Assembly (NCBI GenBank): GCA_012295275.1 | Contig: CM022668.1 | Span: forward strand, 16,058,001-16,122,000 | DNA length: 64,000 nt | Source of the DNA: Chrysomallon squamiferum | Lineage: Eukaryota > Animalia > Mollusca | Direction: 5' to 3' | In this document: positions 13,550-29,975 of the stretch, piece by piece | How the letters are laid out: the number at the start of each line of letters is the position of its first letter | Numbering within the stretch: position 1 is the stretch's first letter | The notes under the pieces: generated by a model | Told to the model about the DNA's origin: nothing | What the model saw: only the letters and a program-made list of their open reading frames with translations | The model's database searches: none | Translations under genes and position numbers: made by a program

Positions 13550-14295
13550 ACTGCACAATAAAAAAAAAAAAAAAAAAAAATGAAGCTAGAAGTGCCGAAC
13601 GTCATTTTTTTTTTTTTTTTTTGACAGGTCATGTGATCTCTCAAGCTGCTAATATTTGTCCACTTAAAGAACGCGCCCTAAATGCCAGAGTGTTTCTCCC
13701 TGCCTGCTGTGTTATACGTCATCAGTTAACGACGAGTCCCCCCCTCTCGGGCGGGACCCGTCCCGCCATTTCGCATCAGCGAAAATAACGTCTTCGACGC
13801 TGAAGAGTTCTTGCGGAAACTGAAGAGGTCTGCATGTCGGATATTAGAAAAGCGAAATGTTTTATTTTACAGCTGTCTGTTTAGTCTTGATGTCTTTCGC
13901 TTAAGTAGTTTAATAAATACTCGAATGTTTTTTTTTTTTTTTAATTTATTTTTTATTTTGTATCCTTTAATAATATTATTTATTATTATAATTTTTTTTA
14001 TTCTTTATTTTCTTTCTTTAATAATATTACTTATTGTTATAATTTGTTTTGTACTTTTTCGTTGCTGATATTTATTATTATTATTTTTTAAATTGTAGTT
14101 TAGTATCTGGATTCATATTATAAATCTGTCGTCATCATCGTAATTGTATAAATCATTAATTTTGACTTCACAATCGAAATCATCATTATCTGTTTAATAA
14201 TAATAAATATCAACATCATGATCATCACCACTATTAACATTATCATTATCATCATTATTTATTATTATTATTATTACTATTATTATTATTATTAC

Positions 14296-14352
<57 letters not shown>

Positions 14353-15067
14353 CGTTATTGTTACATAAATGCGTGACCTTTCAATGTCTAATTAAAAACT
14401 TAAATTCACTTCTAGCTTGTTAAAAAAAGACAGATATCTTTTGGAAATCGTTGGAACACACGAAATTCTGTAATTACTAATACAGCCACAGTTTGATGAT
14501 TTCTTCGAATCAAAGAAAGAATATTAACCGTGTTCTGAAGGCGTATTTACCTTTAATTGTCTTGGAAACATAGTCTCCAACAAGAATGACAATCATTTCG
14601 GTCTCCGAAAGCTCTGAACTGAGGAGATTAAAGCTAACAGAAAATGGCCGAGGGTTTTAAAATATGATTAAATCAGATCGTAAAAAGTAAAAGTACAATT
14701 CCACGAAAATAGGATTAATTGATTAAGACGTTTGATGACAAAGAAAACAGTTTCGGATGTACTTTGAGATAAACGTCTTGTGATTGCTGACAAGGGGAGG
14801 CAGAAAGAGATAAGAGAAAGGTATAAAGTTAATTAATTTAAAAAAAAAACACCTTCAAAATGAAGTACAGGAATAGAAGAAAAAAAAAAAATCAGTGTGT
14901 GATTCCTTAAAATAATGTATATACCATTTCAATGAAAGAATCTTTGAAATAATGATTACAGATGTCTTTATGACTTGTGACATCTTTGGACTTATGGATG
15001 ATGGATAGATGGATGAATGAAATGATTGACTGATGAGGATGAATTAATAAACGAATTGATGGAGGAT

Positions 15068-15122
<55 letters not shown>

Positions 15123-15538
15123 ATGTATGTATGTATGTATGTATGTACGATGTTTCGTTTTTTATCTGTTCGCTTGACTGAGTGACGTAATAAATCTACG
15201 CATTACGTTGTGAAATCTTGACAGTGGTCGCTGAACTGCTGTTTACTAAATTGGTATTCCTCGAACTACGTCCCGAAACAAACGTAAAATCAATGGCTGA
15301 GGACATTCCTGCAGTGACTGTCGGTAATTTTATCATCTGTGACTGCCCAGTTTAACGACTGCTAGAGAAATATCGGAGCGTTTACGCGTACTTAAGTAGA
15401 AATAAAACAAGCTTAGCGCTACGACATGGACGTAAATGTCATTTGGAGAGATCGAATAACTTAGACACAGGTTTGAACGGATAGACAGTTATATAGACAG
15501 ACAGACAGATATATAGACAGACAGACAGACAGACAGAC

Positions 15539-15585
<47 letters not shown>

Positions 15586-15642
15586 CAGGCATCTAGACAG
15601 ATATACAGACAGATAAACAGACAGACAGACAGACAGACAGAC

Positions 15643-15684
<42 letters not shown>

Positions 15685-16392
15685 ACAGGCATCTAGACAG
15701 ATATATAGACAGATAGGTTAATGGAATATAGATAGAATGACAGACACACACACAAACAGACAGAGACGTCAATATGTGTATAAAATATTCTAGATAAAAA
15801 TTACGTATCCGACGATACAGTAAAGATACAGTGAAACTTGTGTAGCTTCTGTCCGTAGATTATACGCGTGTTGGAAAATTTCCCTGTTTCACTTTCCTCT
15901 CACGTCACCTTCTTAGAAGTAAGAACCATCTTGTTTGCAAATCGTTTCTCCTTTCTTTCTTTATGAAGCTTACATGAAGAAGAGGTGAAGATTTCATATA
16001 AGAAGTAGGCTTTGTTTTGAAATATGTCGATACTCCTGATCTTTTGTGTGTTCCTGTGTTTGATTGAAAGCGTGTTTGTGTGTGTGTTTGTGTGTGTGTG
16101 TGTGTGGTAAAAATAAAATAAAATAAATGTTCTTGTGATTTATGCCACTGTATGATCAAACAAACGTTTTATATGCTGGTAAATATCTTTCAACGACGAC
16201 TTCGCTAAAGGTAAAAATAAACTGGTTCATAGCTGCAAGGTTAGACAGTGGGTTGAATAACATTTTGTTTTACATGGCTGACATTTATGTCTCCCGCTTT
16301 ACCCTGGGGCTGTGGCAGACATTACAGTGCGGTGTGGGATGTGTTTTGTTTCCTGGAATTTAAAGAAATTTTTTTTTACGAAAAGAGAGAGC

Positions 16393-16502
<110 letters not shown>

Positions 16503-17159
16503 TGTAAAATTACATTAATTACGCACAAACACAGACACTGTTCAGTCTGATCTGGAAATTTAATAGATTTATCTAAACAACAAATTCATTATTAATATTA
16601 AAGTCTATATTTTCTTCAGAACCATCCCAGATTAAAAGAGACCTAATTAGACAGACCGCCATTAACCCAGTCGTCTCCACAACCAAACGTTTTCAAAAAG
16701 ACTAAGAAATGACCTTTAATTCGCAATCCAGAATACCACTTCAACATTAGTATATTACCTAAATAACGTATTAAATTTATAATATTGATTCTTACGACAT
16801 TATACAAAGAGGAACTAATGCTTTGGCCATCATAAATAATTAAGGTTGTCACTGAAAATGTATTCCGAGTTTCCTCTGTGAGTCTATTTTAGTTGTATTT
16901 ATTTACTCGCTTATTTCTAAGCATTTGACCGTGTACTTTAATTCGAATTTAAGAAAAGACAATGTTTTCATTTCTTTTCGTATCGCTGAGAAACAGAGGT
17001 CGTGTCTTTGTGTGTGTGTGCGTATGTGCGTGTCCTTTTTTGAAAAAAAAGCTTCTTTGATGGAATGAGTAATTAAGTTGTATTTTGGTTTTATTTTCTT
17101 AAATACAAACGCACAGATGAAAATGGAAGGAATATATATATATATAAAAACCCAGCCAC

Positions 17160-17288
<129 letters not shown>

Positions 17289-18254
17289 ACATTTGTTTCT
17301 TGCTACATATGAAACACTGTACATGTAGGATTCAGTATTTCTCAACAAGGTAAATATTTTTATACCTGTCTACGTAATATGTCACACTCATAATCAGAGA
17401 GAAATGGACAGACAAACAAAGACAAATGTACAGGTGGACAGACAGAGAAACAAATGGGTAAAGAGACAGACTGACGAAAATATATATGGACCCATATTGA
17501 TACAGAAAAAGAAAGAAAGACAGAAAGACAGAGTGACAAATAGAAAGACAAATTGGCAGACGAACACACTAAGAGATAGAGAGATAGATGCACAGACAGT
17601 CAGACAAGTAGAAAAATACATACATCGAAAGATAAAAGAAAGAATACAAATGGATGGTTAGATGGAAAGAGAAAAAGACTGACAGAGACATACAGATATA
17701 CGCACATACAGAGAGACAGATTAATAGAAAGAAAGACTGAAAGCAAAAAAGAGAGGTATATGGAGAGAGAGAGAAAAACAAAGAGAGAGACAAACAAAGA
17801 GAGAGACAGACAAACAGATAAAAAGACAGAGAAACAGTGGATGCGCATGCGTGATCTTTAACTAAGTACTTCATAAACACTCAAAGATGAATACAAATTT
17901 GTTTTAAAAAAGCTAGAGAAGAAATTAACAAAAGTCATAAAGACATTAAATTTTAATCGCGGCTGAATGACTTTTTTCAGATAAAGACTCAGAGATGAAT
18001 GATTCTGAAATAGCTGTCACAAGACACTGCTTTAACTTACAGATTAACGTGAGGTACGAGATGAACACACACCACTAAAACAAACTAAGAATGTGAAAAT
18101 CCTACCTGTGTATTTGTTTCTTCACGGTTTTTGTATTTCTTAGTTTTGAAATCTGTCTGGATAGTCAGTCAGTCTGTTTCCAGATTTATTTGCTCACTGT
18201 ACAACAGATGGCGCTGTACTAATTTCTGCAAATGATTTGCTCTTCAAAAGATAT

Positions 18255-18838
18255 ATGTCTGTACAAATAATATTCTGTTCATATAATCTGTACAAATTAT
18301 CTTCTGTTCATAAATCTGTACAATATGATATTCTGTTCCTATATCTCTACAAGATGATATTCTGTTCATAAATCGTACCCGGCCACATGTACAAATTATC
18401 TTCTGTTCATAAATCTGTATAAGATGATATTCTGTTCATATATTCGTACAAATGATATTCTGTTCCTATATCTCTACAAATGATATTCTGTTCAACAAAT
18501 GATATTCTGTTCATAAATGATATTCTGTTCACATGTACAAAATATCTTCTGTTCATAAATCTGTATAAGATGATATTCTGTTCATATATGATATTCTGTT
18601 CATATATTCGTACAAATGATATTCTGTTCCTATATCTCTACAAGATGATATTCTGTTCAAGTATATGTACAAATTATCTTCTGTTCATATCTGTACACAT
18701 GATATTCTGTTCATATATATCTGTACAAATGATATTCTGTTCATATATATCTGTACAAATGATATTCTGTTCATATCCGTACAAATGATATTCTGTTCAT
18801 ATCCGTACAAATGATATTCTGTTCATATATCTGTACAA
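18255..18838. repeat. Degenerate ~26-30-bp minisatellite
   Basis: Core TGTACAAATGATATTCTGTTCATAT repeated with variable spacers. It explains the ORF at 18480-18788. Confidence 0.9.
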
Positions 18839-19211
18839 GGTGATGTGCAGCCGATCACCTGTTTAAATACGTTCACAAACAATCTGTTCCCCACACTCCA
18901 GGAAATTTATTTCCCCTTCTTGTCAGGTTTTTTTTGGCGCTCTTCGCGGTAATCAGTGAGATAAACACCACTGCCTGTGGCACGTGTTCGTTTTTCCGAA
19001 GAAAACAAAAACGTTTCTCATTTGTTCCGTGTCTGTGACGTTTATGTTCCTCGCTTGGTACAGATTTCACGATGGGATGAAATATGGCGGAATACGGGGC
19101 GGTGCTAATCTCGTTCTGAACGTGAGATCAATGAACAATGAGAACCGTGAAGAGACTTCAGTGTCTTCCGTACGACATCTCAGATTAAGGATACATATAT
19201 ATATATATATT

Positions 19212-19307
<96 letters not shown>

Positions 19308-19839
19308 TGTAGACATTTGAAACAAGGAAATTGTAGTCGCAGATATAATTTTTTTTAAAGTATGTTATTAGTTACGCGTCACAGTTATTTCTTCTATATT
19401 ATACACAACACCATATTTGTTACAAACCAGAAGCGTTACTGATGTTGATTATAATGACGAGTGAAGCCTATGGGAAGGCGAATATAAAGTTCTCTTCCTG
19501 CTGTGTCATAAAATTATGTTTTTAATATCCTGTTATTAAATGAAAAACTTGCCGTCGATGCCCTTTATAAAGTAAATTTTTTATGAATTTTTTTTTTTTC
19601 ATTGATATGAGCGTAAAAACAAACAAACAAAAATTATATATATAAAAAAAAAGTTTAAAGAGCTTAAAAAAATGTTTTGGTGTTCGTATAATTTTTTTTC
19701 TAATATTTCAAGCGAGCTAACCAGCTTCAAATATTTTAACAACTTATTAAAAATAAAAATAAGTTTTCATCTTCTAGTCTAATGTCATCATGCTTTCCAA
19801 ACTGAAAATTATTACAGACATAAAAAAGTGTTGTTTATA

Positions 19840-19871
<32 letters not shown>

Positions 19872-19934
19872 TGTGTGTGTGTCCTTATATCAATGACACT
19901 GATGACAAAGGAGATTTTCTTTCGTCGATTATTC

Positions 19935-19970
19935 TTACTGCTTAGCAGCAAGGATCTTTTTTAGGCATAG
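19935..19970 (-). mobile_element. Short MetaSINE-core-like fragment
   Basis: The reverse complement TGCCTAAAAAAGATCCTTGCTGCTAAGCAG resembles the same core seen at 35670 and 43280. Confidence 0.4.
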
Positions 19971-20613
19971 ATATCTTTTATGAAACTTTAGCACATAAAA
20001 TATCTTTTATAAAAGCTTAACACAAAAAGTATGTTTGATAAAAGGCTTCACGGAGAAAGAAAATTTTATAAGAACTTTCTGAAATAAAAAATAATTAATA
20101 AAGTTCTCACTGAAAGCATCTTTTATAAAAACCGTGTCGAAGAAAAGTTGTACTGGAAGTACTTTCTCATTAAATTGATTTTGTGTGTGAATACTTTCTG
20201 GCAAATAGAATCTGTTTTACGTACTTTCTGATGGAAACTATCTATCATAATAATAAGAAAAAACGAAAAAAAAAAAAAAAAAAAAAAAAAAACCGAAAAG
20301 AAAAAGAATAAGAAAATAAAGAACGAAAGCAAGAACGAAAAAGACGTCCCATGAACTGTATCTTTATCAAACCAGTCCGAGAGGAACTGGTTGGAACGTG
20401 CAACAACGCAAGAGGTCAGCTGAGGAGAATTGATGTTGAGACCTGCAAGTGTTCTAGACAAATTTTCTTACAACACAGAAGCAGTCTGCTTTATCAAGCT
20501 GCGTGCTGGTTGAAGCAGACGTGTATAATTAATTACGTGTTGTGTGATCAGTTTTGTCTCTTTAACTGTCTGCTGCATCCAGTGCACTCACTCGTTGATG
20601 ACGAAACACTTAG

Positions 20614-21453
20614 CAGTGAGACGCGGGAGAGGTCGTCTCTTGTTAACAAAAACACGCACACAACTCAAACAGTGAGACGCTGGGAGAGGTCGTCTCTTGT
20701 TAACAAAAACACGCACACAACTCAAACAGTGAGACGCTGGGAGAGGTCGTCTCTTGTTAACAAAAACACGCACACAACTCAAACAGTGAGACGCTGGGAG
20801 ATGTCGTCTCTTGTTAACAAAAACACGCACACAACTCAAACAGTGAGACGCTGGGAGAGGTCGTCTCTTGTTAACAAAAACACGCACACAACTCAAACAG
20901 TGAGACGCTGGGAGAGGTCGTCTCTTGTTAACAAAAACACGCACACAACTCAAACAGTGAGACGCTGGGAGAGGTCGTCTCTTGTTAACAAAAACACGCA
21001 CACAACTCAAACAGTGAGACGCTGGGAGAGGTCGTCTCTTGTTAACAAAAACACGCACACAACTCAAACAGTGAGACGCTGGGAGAGGTCGTCTCTTGTT
21101 AACAAAAACACGCAATCAAACAGTGAGACGCTGGGAGAGGTCGTCTCTTGTTAACAAAAACACGCACAAACTCAAACAGTGAGAAAGGTCGTCTCTTGTT
21201 AACAAAAACACGCAAAACTCAAACAGTGAGACGCTGGGAGAGGTCGTCTCTTGTTAACAAAAACACGCACACAACTCAAACAGTGACGCGGGGAGAGGTC
21301 GTCTCTTGTTAACAAAAACACGCACACAACTCAAACAGTGACTCGGGGAGAGGTCGTCTCTTGTTAACAAAAACACGCACACAACTCAAACAGTGAGACG
21401 CTGGAAGAGGTCGTCTCTTGTTAACAAAAACACGCACACAACTCAAACAGTGA
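20614..21453. repeat. 57-bp minisatellite (~15 copies) with internal inverted repeat GAGACG/CGTCTC
   Basis: Unit CAGTGAGACGCTGGGAGAGGTCGTCTCTTGTTAACAAAAACACGCACACAACTCAAA. The first ~9 copies are nearly identical, and later copies carry small deletions. Confidence 0.97.
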
Positions 21454-21890
21454 TCAGCTTTCGCCCAGGCAGGGAAAAAAATGAAACACAGGCAACGAGA
21501 AACGTTTCTAACTGAAAAATCTGATTTCACGAGACAAATCAATTTGCTGTAAGTGCATTTTTATCCTTTTGTTCGAAAAAAAGAAAAAAAAAAAAAAAAA
21601 AAAGGCTTTTGAAATTTCAAAGTTTAAAAAAAAAAGAAAAAAAGAAATTTGATTAGATTAAGATCAGGTCGAAATGTTCAAAGTTGAAATATTTCATTTT
21701 AGACGTCAGTTACAAGTGTTTGGTTAAAAAAAAAAAAAAAAAAGTCCAGGAGAATGGAAGAATTCTCTCTAATTTATTAGGTGAGATTCAAAACAAAAAT
21801 AAATAAATAAATTAAAAAAAAAATAAATAATCAAATATTTCTCAGAAAGGTGAAAATTTTCATTTTTCTTTATTATTATTATTATTATTA

Positions 21891-21984
<94 letters not shown>

Positions 21985-22931
21985 TCAAACAGATGGATAC
22001 GCGGGTGCTATGAAACCAGATTGTCTATGAAACCAGACTAGCGAATTTTAGTTTAAAATAGATAAGCGTAAACACTGTCTTTTCCTTACAAACACTGCAC
22101 ACAATTCTCTATCGTCAAACTACCACAACTCCGAATCTGTCTACGATGAAAAACACTGGTGGCGTATCAGTGTTACACGTTTTATTTTGATTACTCGGAA
22201 TAATAAAATATTTTTTGTTTTAAATGTCAAACAAATCACTTTACGTGCTTTTCCCAGCGAGCGAGTCGCGTTTAGAATTTTCTTTAAACACAGAACTCTG
22301 AGTTTATTTGCTTTTCGCTCGCTGCGTGTTTGTTTGCTCAACTCTGCGCTCAAGTCTGGTTTTTGTTCTTCAAACATCTCCACACGCGTACATAACCGCG
22401 CGTGTCTCAGTCATCGCGGTTTAACTGCTTCCGTAAACACATCGTCAAACTATCGCATTTCAGCGTTTTATTGTTTCTAAACGAGCCGTTTTTTGCTTTT
22501 ATGCTTCTTCTTCTTCTTTTCTTTTTCTTTCTTGAAGAAAAAAAAAAAATGATACAGCTAATGATGAGCCTGTGTCAGTGAAAACGATAGGAAACATTCG
22601 TCGCAATTGTTTTCGCGAACAAAACAAGACTTGCTGTGCTTTCTCTCTCCCTCCCAGGAGAGTTCGCAAAATGATTAACAGCACGCGCCTCAAGGCTCTT
22701 TCGCCACGTGTCTGGTGTTCAGGTGATCGAATATAAATATCTGATGATCATACAGCTGTCGATATCTGATACCCCGAGACAAGATAAGAGAAATACAGAT
22801 TGCAAGCTGACGAAAAGATAACTGAATTCTGACTTTTCTCCGCTCGCCGGTTTATTGGACAGAGAGAAATCAGCGTTCGTTAGTTTGCATCTCGTCTGTT
22901 CCTCTCACGTGCAGTTCACTGACTGACCACG

Positions 22932-23224
22932 GAAAACTCAGATACGTTTTCAGTCTTCGTACTGAAAATATCTTTAGTATCAGAGTCTTACAACCACTGT
23001 ATCAGAAAAACTGAGATACGTTTTAAGTCTTCGTATTGAAAATATCTTTAGTATCAGAGTCTTACAACCACTGTATCAGAAAAACTGAGATACGTTTTAA
23101 GTCTTCGTATTGAAAATACCTTTAGTATCAGAGTCTTACAACCACTGTATCAGAAAAACTGAGATACGTTTTCAGTCTTCGTATTGAAAATATCTTTAGT
23201 ATCAGAGTTTTACAACTACTGTAT
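22932..23224. repeat. 74-bp tandem repeat (4 copies)
   Basis: CT(C/G)AGATACGTTTT at 22937, 23011, 23085 and 23159. Confidence 0.95.
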
Positions 23225-24144
23225 GCATACTTTAAATTCTTTATTTTATTATTGTTTTATAAAATATATAATTTATTTTAATTCATTTTATTTATTTATT
23301 TAGATTTTTTTTTTTATTTGAAAAGGAATCTGTTTATATTTTATTTCATTTTGTTTATTATATTTTATATTATATTTTTGTTTTGATTTTTTTATTTTAT
23401 TTTATTTTATTTTATTTTATTTTTTTTTTTTTTTATTATTATTTATTTAGTTGTTTTTTTTAAATTATTTTATTTTATTATTATTATTTTAATTTTATTT
23501 AAGAGTTCGGATCTTTTGTCTGTTTGATTTATTATTGTTGTTGTTATTGTTTTTATTTCACGTTGATAAATGCGTTTTGCATTCCATCATGCTTAAAATG
23601 AAAACAATCAAAAAAAGTTTTAATATAGAAATTATATTTTTTAGTGATATAATAATAATAATAATAATAATCATAATAATAACAACAACAACAACAACAG
23701 TAATAAATTTTAAAAAGATTAAATTACCATTAATTCTAAAACAAAGTAATATTACCTGAACTGCGGGACTTAACTTTTTATTATTGAGCTCACTATTATC
23801 TATTAATAAATTTACTCATTACAAACCAGTAGTAATTCGTACACTTTGTCTGCAAATTAACATATTATCCACGCTATTCAGAATGTAATACTCTTTTAAA
23901 AACATCAAATAACTGAACAGAACTTTTTTTTAATTCTGCTAATACCAACCTATTTAAAAATCATCGTAACCTGACCTTTTTCATTACCTACTGGTGAATT
24001 GACGTTTTTTGGATTCATCTGTTAATTAAACAGAAATAATGACATAAGTAAGTGCAAGCGCACACAGACAAACACAGATTATCAGTCAAACAAACATGCA
24101 GAAAGAAAAAACAGATAAACAGATAAATAGTTAGACAGACAGAC

Positions 24145-24729
<585 letters not shown>

Positions 24730-26475
24730 AAACGCTGATTATTTTCCACTCGACTACAATGAATTAAATCAACTGAGTCCACACACTTGTTACTGCAGCG
24801 GAACAGTCTAGAAGTGATTACTCTAATTTGCTGTAAATGTATCGCAAATGTCAGGAATCCAGGTTAAACCGCATTCAGGTCAGAACTTCTCTTCTGGAAT
24901 ATTTTTTCTTAAACTCTACCGAAAAAAAAAAAAAAAAAAACCAACTCTGAGCATGTGCCGTTCTTAAACCTCTGCTGGTAGTTAACCTGGTATTTTAATT
25001 ACAGTAATTTCACAGTTGTTCCTGTTCTAGAGATTAAAGAATGAACTAGACTTTGGTTACGTACATGCCAAAGGCCAGGGCATGCGAGGGAACTATTTAA
25101 CACATGGTTTACGATAAGAAACTGATGGATATGCAATACATCCATAAAAATTTGTAAAAAAATTAAAATTAAAAAAATACACTGAAGTTTGGCATTGAAG
25201 TTCATCACAGGACGGATTTTGAACGATGAATTTATGACCGGAAGCGGAAATTGAAACAAATATAATTTAAACATTTTCGCTTAAAGTGTAATAAAAACAT
25301 AAACAGTTTTATTCCTTTTGGATATATGTAAAAAGCAACCATTACATAATTTAGTACGTATTATGAGACCCGATTAACTAAACAAAATTTAACAGTAAAA
25401 CTCTAAATTCAGAGGTTAAAGAGAAGAAAAAGCTGAAGAAAATAATGTAACGCAGAATACGATAGATTAAAATAGAGGAATTCTTGTTTTGTGTAGGAAG
25501 ATAGTCTTTGAAATGAAAGCGAGAGAAACGTAAGTAATGTAGGTAAAAAAGTTGGGGCCAGTGTACTTTGAACGTCATCTTGATGTAAGTTTTTGATCAA
25601 TCAAACTGTTCAGTGATTGATAACATAAAAATAGTCACTGTAGTGGGATAAACGAAGTAAAATAGTTACTAATTAATAAATTTATCTACAGTTTATTTAT
25701 TTATTTTTATTTATTTATTTATTTATTTATTATTATTATTATTATTATTTTATTAATTTATTTATTTATTTATTTATTTTATTTTATTTATTTATTTATT
25801 TATTTATTTATTATTATTATTATTATTTATCTACTTTTATTTAGTTTTCATTTTTTTCATCTACAGATTGTTTATTTATCATTTATAATGCACAGTTTAT
25901 ACATATTTACATTTCATCTACTTTTTATTTATTTTTTTCTTATTTTTTAATCTACAATATATATATATTTTTTTTACCTTTCATCTACAATTCATCTATT
26001 TTCAACTTTCATCAGTTTTATTTATTTTTGACGTTTTGATTCTTCGACTCTTTTCAGTCACCGTCGGGTTTTCACTTCTGGCTTTTCAGAAATCTCGCTC
26101 GAGAACGGAGACAGTTCAACCAGTTCCTGCTCTGTTTTCGACTCGGCCGTTTTCAAACGCCGCCACTTACACGCAAGCCTCGTTGTGAAATAAAGTTATC
26201 TACGTTAATCGATACTTTGAAGCGGGCCGTGATGGAATATCAGAAACGTTTCATGTGAGCAAATCCCCTCATCCAGCCAATTTGTCTTTTATTGTCCGCC
26301 GTGTTTCGTCGGAATTGACGAAGATTTGAAGACGAGATTTGCCGCCTTACGTAGGAGAAAATTGGACACGTGTTTGAAGTGGGTGCTGTGAGGACAGGGA
26401 GTCGAACCAGTAACGTTTGCTTCGCGTTTCTGCAAACTTGGCGAAATACTTCAGAATAAGACACTGTTGTTTAAA

Positions 26476-26569
<94 letters not shown>

Positions 26570-26656
26570 TTAAATTAAATAAAAACAAGAAACCAAAACA
26601 ACAATAAATAAATAAATACTAATAATAATTAATAAACTGACCCCCCACAAAATCCC

Positions 26657-26714
<58 letters not shown>

Positions 26715-26776
26715 TGTGTTTATGTGTGTGTGTGTGTGTAATACTACTAATAAATGATTATATCTATCTAACTGTA

Positions 26777-26895
<119 letters not shown>

Positions 26896-26928
26896 AGATA
26901 GATGGATAGATAGATAGATAGATAGATT

Positions 26929-26959
<31 letters not shown>

Positions 26960-26999
26960 GGATAGATAGACAGACAGAGAGACAGACAGAGAGACAGAC

Positions 27000-27039
<40 letters not shown>

Positions 27040-27650
27040 GGATAGATAGACAGACAGACAGACAGACGGACAGACGGACGGACGGACGGACGGACGGACG
27101 GATAGATAGATAGATAGATAGATAGATTAATATCACTGCGACGAATTTACAAATTAAAAAAACAAAAAAAACATTTCAGGTTATTTTTGATTTACAATGA
27201 GATAGTGATTTTCTCTCCTTTTTTTTCGTCGACTCTCAATCTTGACTGGTAATAACATTACTGTAGGAAATATTTTAACTGTTCGAACAGAGAGAGAGAG
27301 AGAGAAAACCGTTCCAGTAAAAAAAAAAAAGAAAAAAAAAAAAACCCACTAAAGTGAAATGAATTTCGATTACAAACTTGAATCAGTGAGTGAGGTCGAT
27401 TTAAAACTGAAACATGTCTGCCCAAGTTGAAGAAATGAGATGGTGACCCGAATCAAAGAGTGTTGAAAAAATGTGAATTTTAGTTTCCAAAAATAGACTG
27501 TTTAGTACTTTCTGATGACAATAATGTTGAAGATAATAATAATGCTAATAATGATAATAATGAATATAATAATAACAATAATAATAAATATAATAATAAT
27601 AACAGTAACAACTGACACAATAACAAAGATAGTAATAATAATAATAATAA

Positions 27651-27681
<31 letters not shown>

Positions 27682-28656
27682 AAGAAAAACCTAGTACTAA
27701 AGTTACTGACTAGATATCAACACTAGATTAAATCAAAATGGCTTTTCTCCATACATAATAAATAATTTCCCTTACGTCCAAAACAAAAAAAAATGTCCAC
27801 TGTTCTTCATAATTCGATATTCAGTCCCTCGATACCACACCAGGGGGCGCATTTGTAGCACGGAAGAAAAATGGCTGTGTCAATGGAGATATAAATACCA
27901 TTCTTCATATTTTTGTTACTGCTTTGTAATCGGCAGTATAAATAAACTCTTAAATAGTCTCAGCTGTCAGAGAAGTCTATAGGACTTATTCTTTCTGTGG
28001 CGATTCGTTAATTTCATCTGATAATCAAATTTATACGTAACGTAATAAAACAATTTTCGCATTTAGCCTATTTTGCTTAAGACAATATATTATTATTATT
28101 ATATTAACAATGGATTTTCTACAATCCAAAATCACATTTATTTCAGCAATTATATTGTCATGATTAGATTAACTTGGTTTGAAGATAAATAGATAATCAG
28201 TTTAGGCAACAAAAATCTAGTCGAATATTGATTATTGATAATTTTCTTTTAAAAACAAAAACACGGTGAATAGCATAGAAAGAAGACAGAAATTTAGTTT
28301 AGAATTGTCTACCTTCGTTCTACCAGGTGTCGCTGTACAGACAAGAGCAAAGGTCAGGTTGCCGAGGAAAAGTCAACAAGTGCTCTCTGTTTTTTATTAT
28401 TAACACGTGTTCGTAATTAGTAACGACTTGCTAATTGGAAAAAACTCTCGTTTTATCTGATCATTCAGTTGTTTTATTTATTTGTACCAGGTTATAAACG
28501 GACCTCCTTGGTCGCTCCCCATCTTTGTCAGTTGTTCTACGTCAAGCATTGGGCTGCTATTTCTACAACAGTCGTCGCATACCTTTCTTCTGCTGGATAA
28601 ATAACTGATCATGTTTGCTAGTAATGGGCACGATATCTAACAAAGCTAGACAGTTC

Positions 28657-28690
<34 letters not shown>

Positions 28691-29110
28691 TTACCTCATT
28701 CTCAAAAGGGTCTGGTGTCATTTCTGATTTTCACCGCACTGTTTAGACAAATGTTGAATGACAACAATATATTAATTTTTGTTCACTTGCTACCTTTGAT
28801 TTGTACCTGGTACACAAACGTCTCAGTTTAGAATCATTAGTGAGCCAGACACCGTGCAAATTAATGAGGTGGACGGGCGATTTTGTTACTGTGTCTGTTG
28901 TGAATATGTGTTCTTTTACGTTTACGGAAAGACAAAAATATTTTTCTTCATCTTATGTAAGTCGATATATTCATAAATATACATACCCAGGGGTTAGTAT
29001 TATGTAGCCTTTAATGATCAAAGAACTCCATAATTTGATCGTTTGATCATCTCATCTTTTAAAAAAAAATAATTAACAGTGAAAAATAGGAACGTTTGTT
29101 CCCCCTCTCT

Positions 29111-29171
<61 letters not shown>

Positions 29172-29835
29172 CTTTATATTACCAAGATGTAGACATAAAC
29201 GAGAAAGAAAAGAAAGAATGAAAGCAACAGAAAGAGAGACAGACAGATTAACTTAGAATATTTTTATATCAGAAGACAGTGTGTAAACTCACGTTATGGA
29301 ATTCGTTCGTTAATAGAGATATGACAAGAAGCTGTTAATCCTGGAACCGTGTCTTTCATGCGATCGCTATGGTAATCTTGGAAACGGTTCATGGTAAAGA
29401 TCAAAGCACCATCAGATGCACTGATAAGTCTGTTGGTAAACCATCTGGTTTCTATTTCGACTCCGTTTTCTTATTTTGTTTTCCTTTCTGAACAAAGTTG
29501 CTAATCACATTCACGCTGCAGGTTAGGCTGGTACATCTACGTCTACATCTCTCGATCAAATCATTTCTCTATTTCTGTTTTTTTTCTTCATTTTTGTTGT
29601 TAGAACATGTGACTTAACTTGTCTTTGTTGTCGTACATATATAAAAATGAGGATATGTTACCAATGTACATGAGAAATAGGCAGAGATTAAAAATAATGA
29701 TGATGTCAACGATGACGTAAAAGCCTTAAGGAAATCCTCTCTGTTAAATATTTATCTCACTCGGTCTGTCTGTCTGTCTGTCTGACTGTCTCTCTCTCTC
29801 TCTCTCGATATATATATATACACACACACACACAC

Positions 29836-29975
<140 letters not shown>

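Noticed and set aside
20351-21154. 267-aa ORF with 19-aa repeats (and the antisense 175-aa ORF)
   Set aside because: It is open only because the 57-bp unit is a multiple of 3. Later units frameshift and no domain is recognisable.
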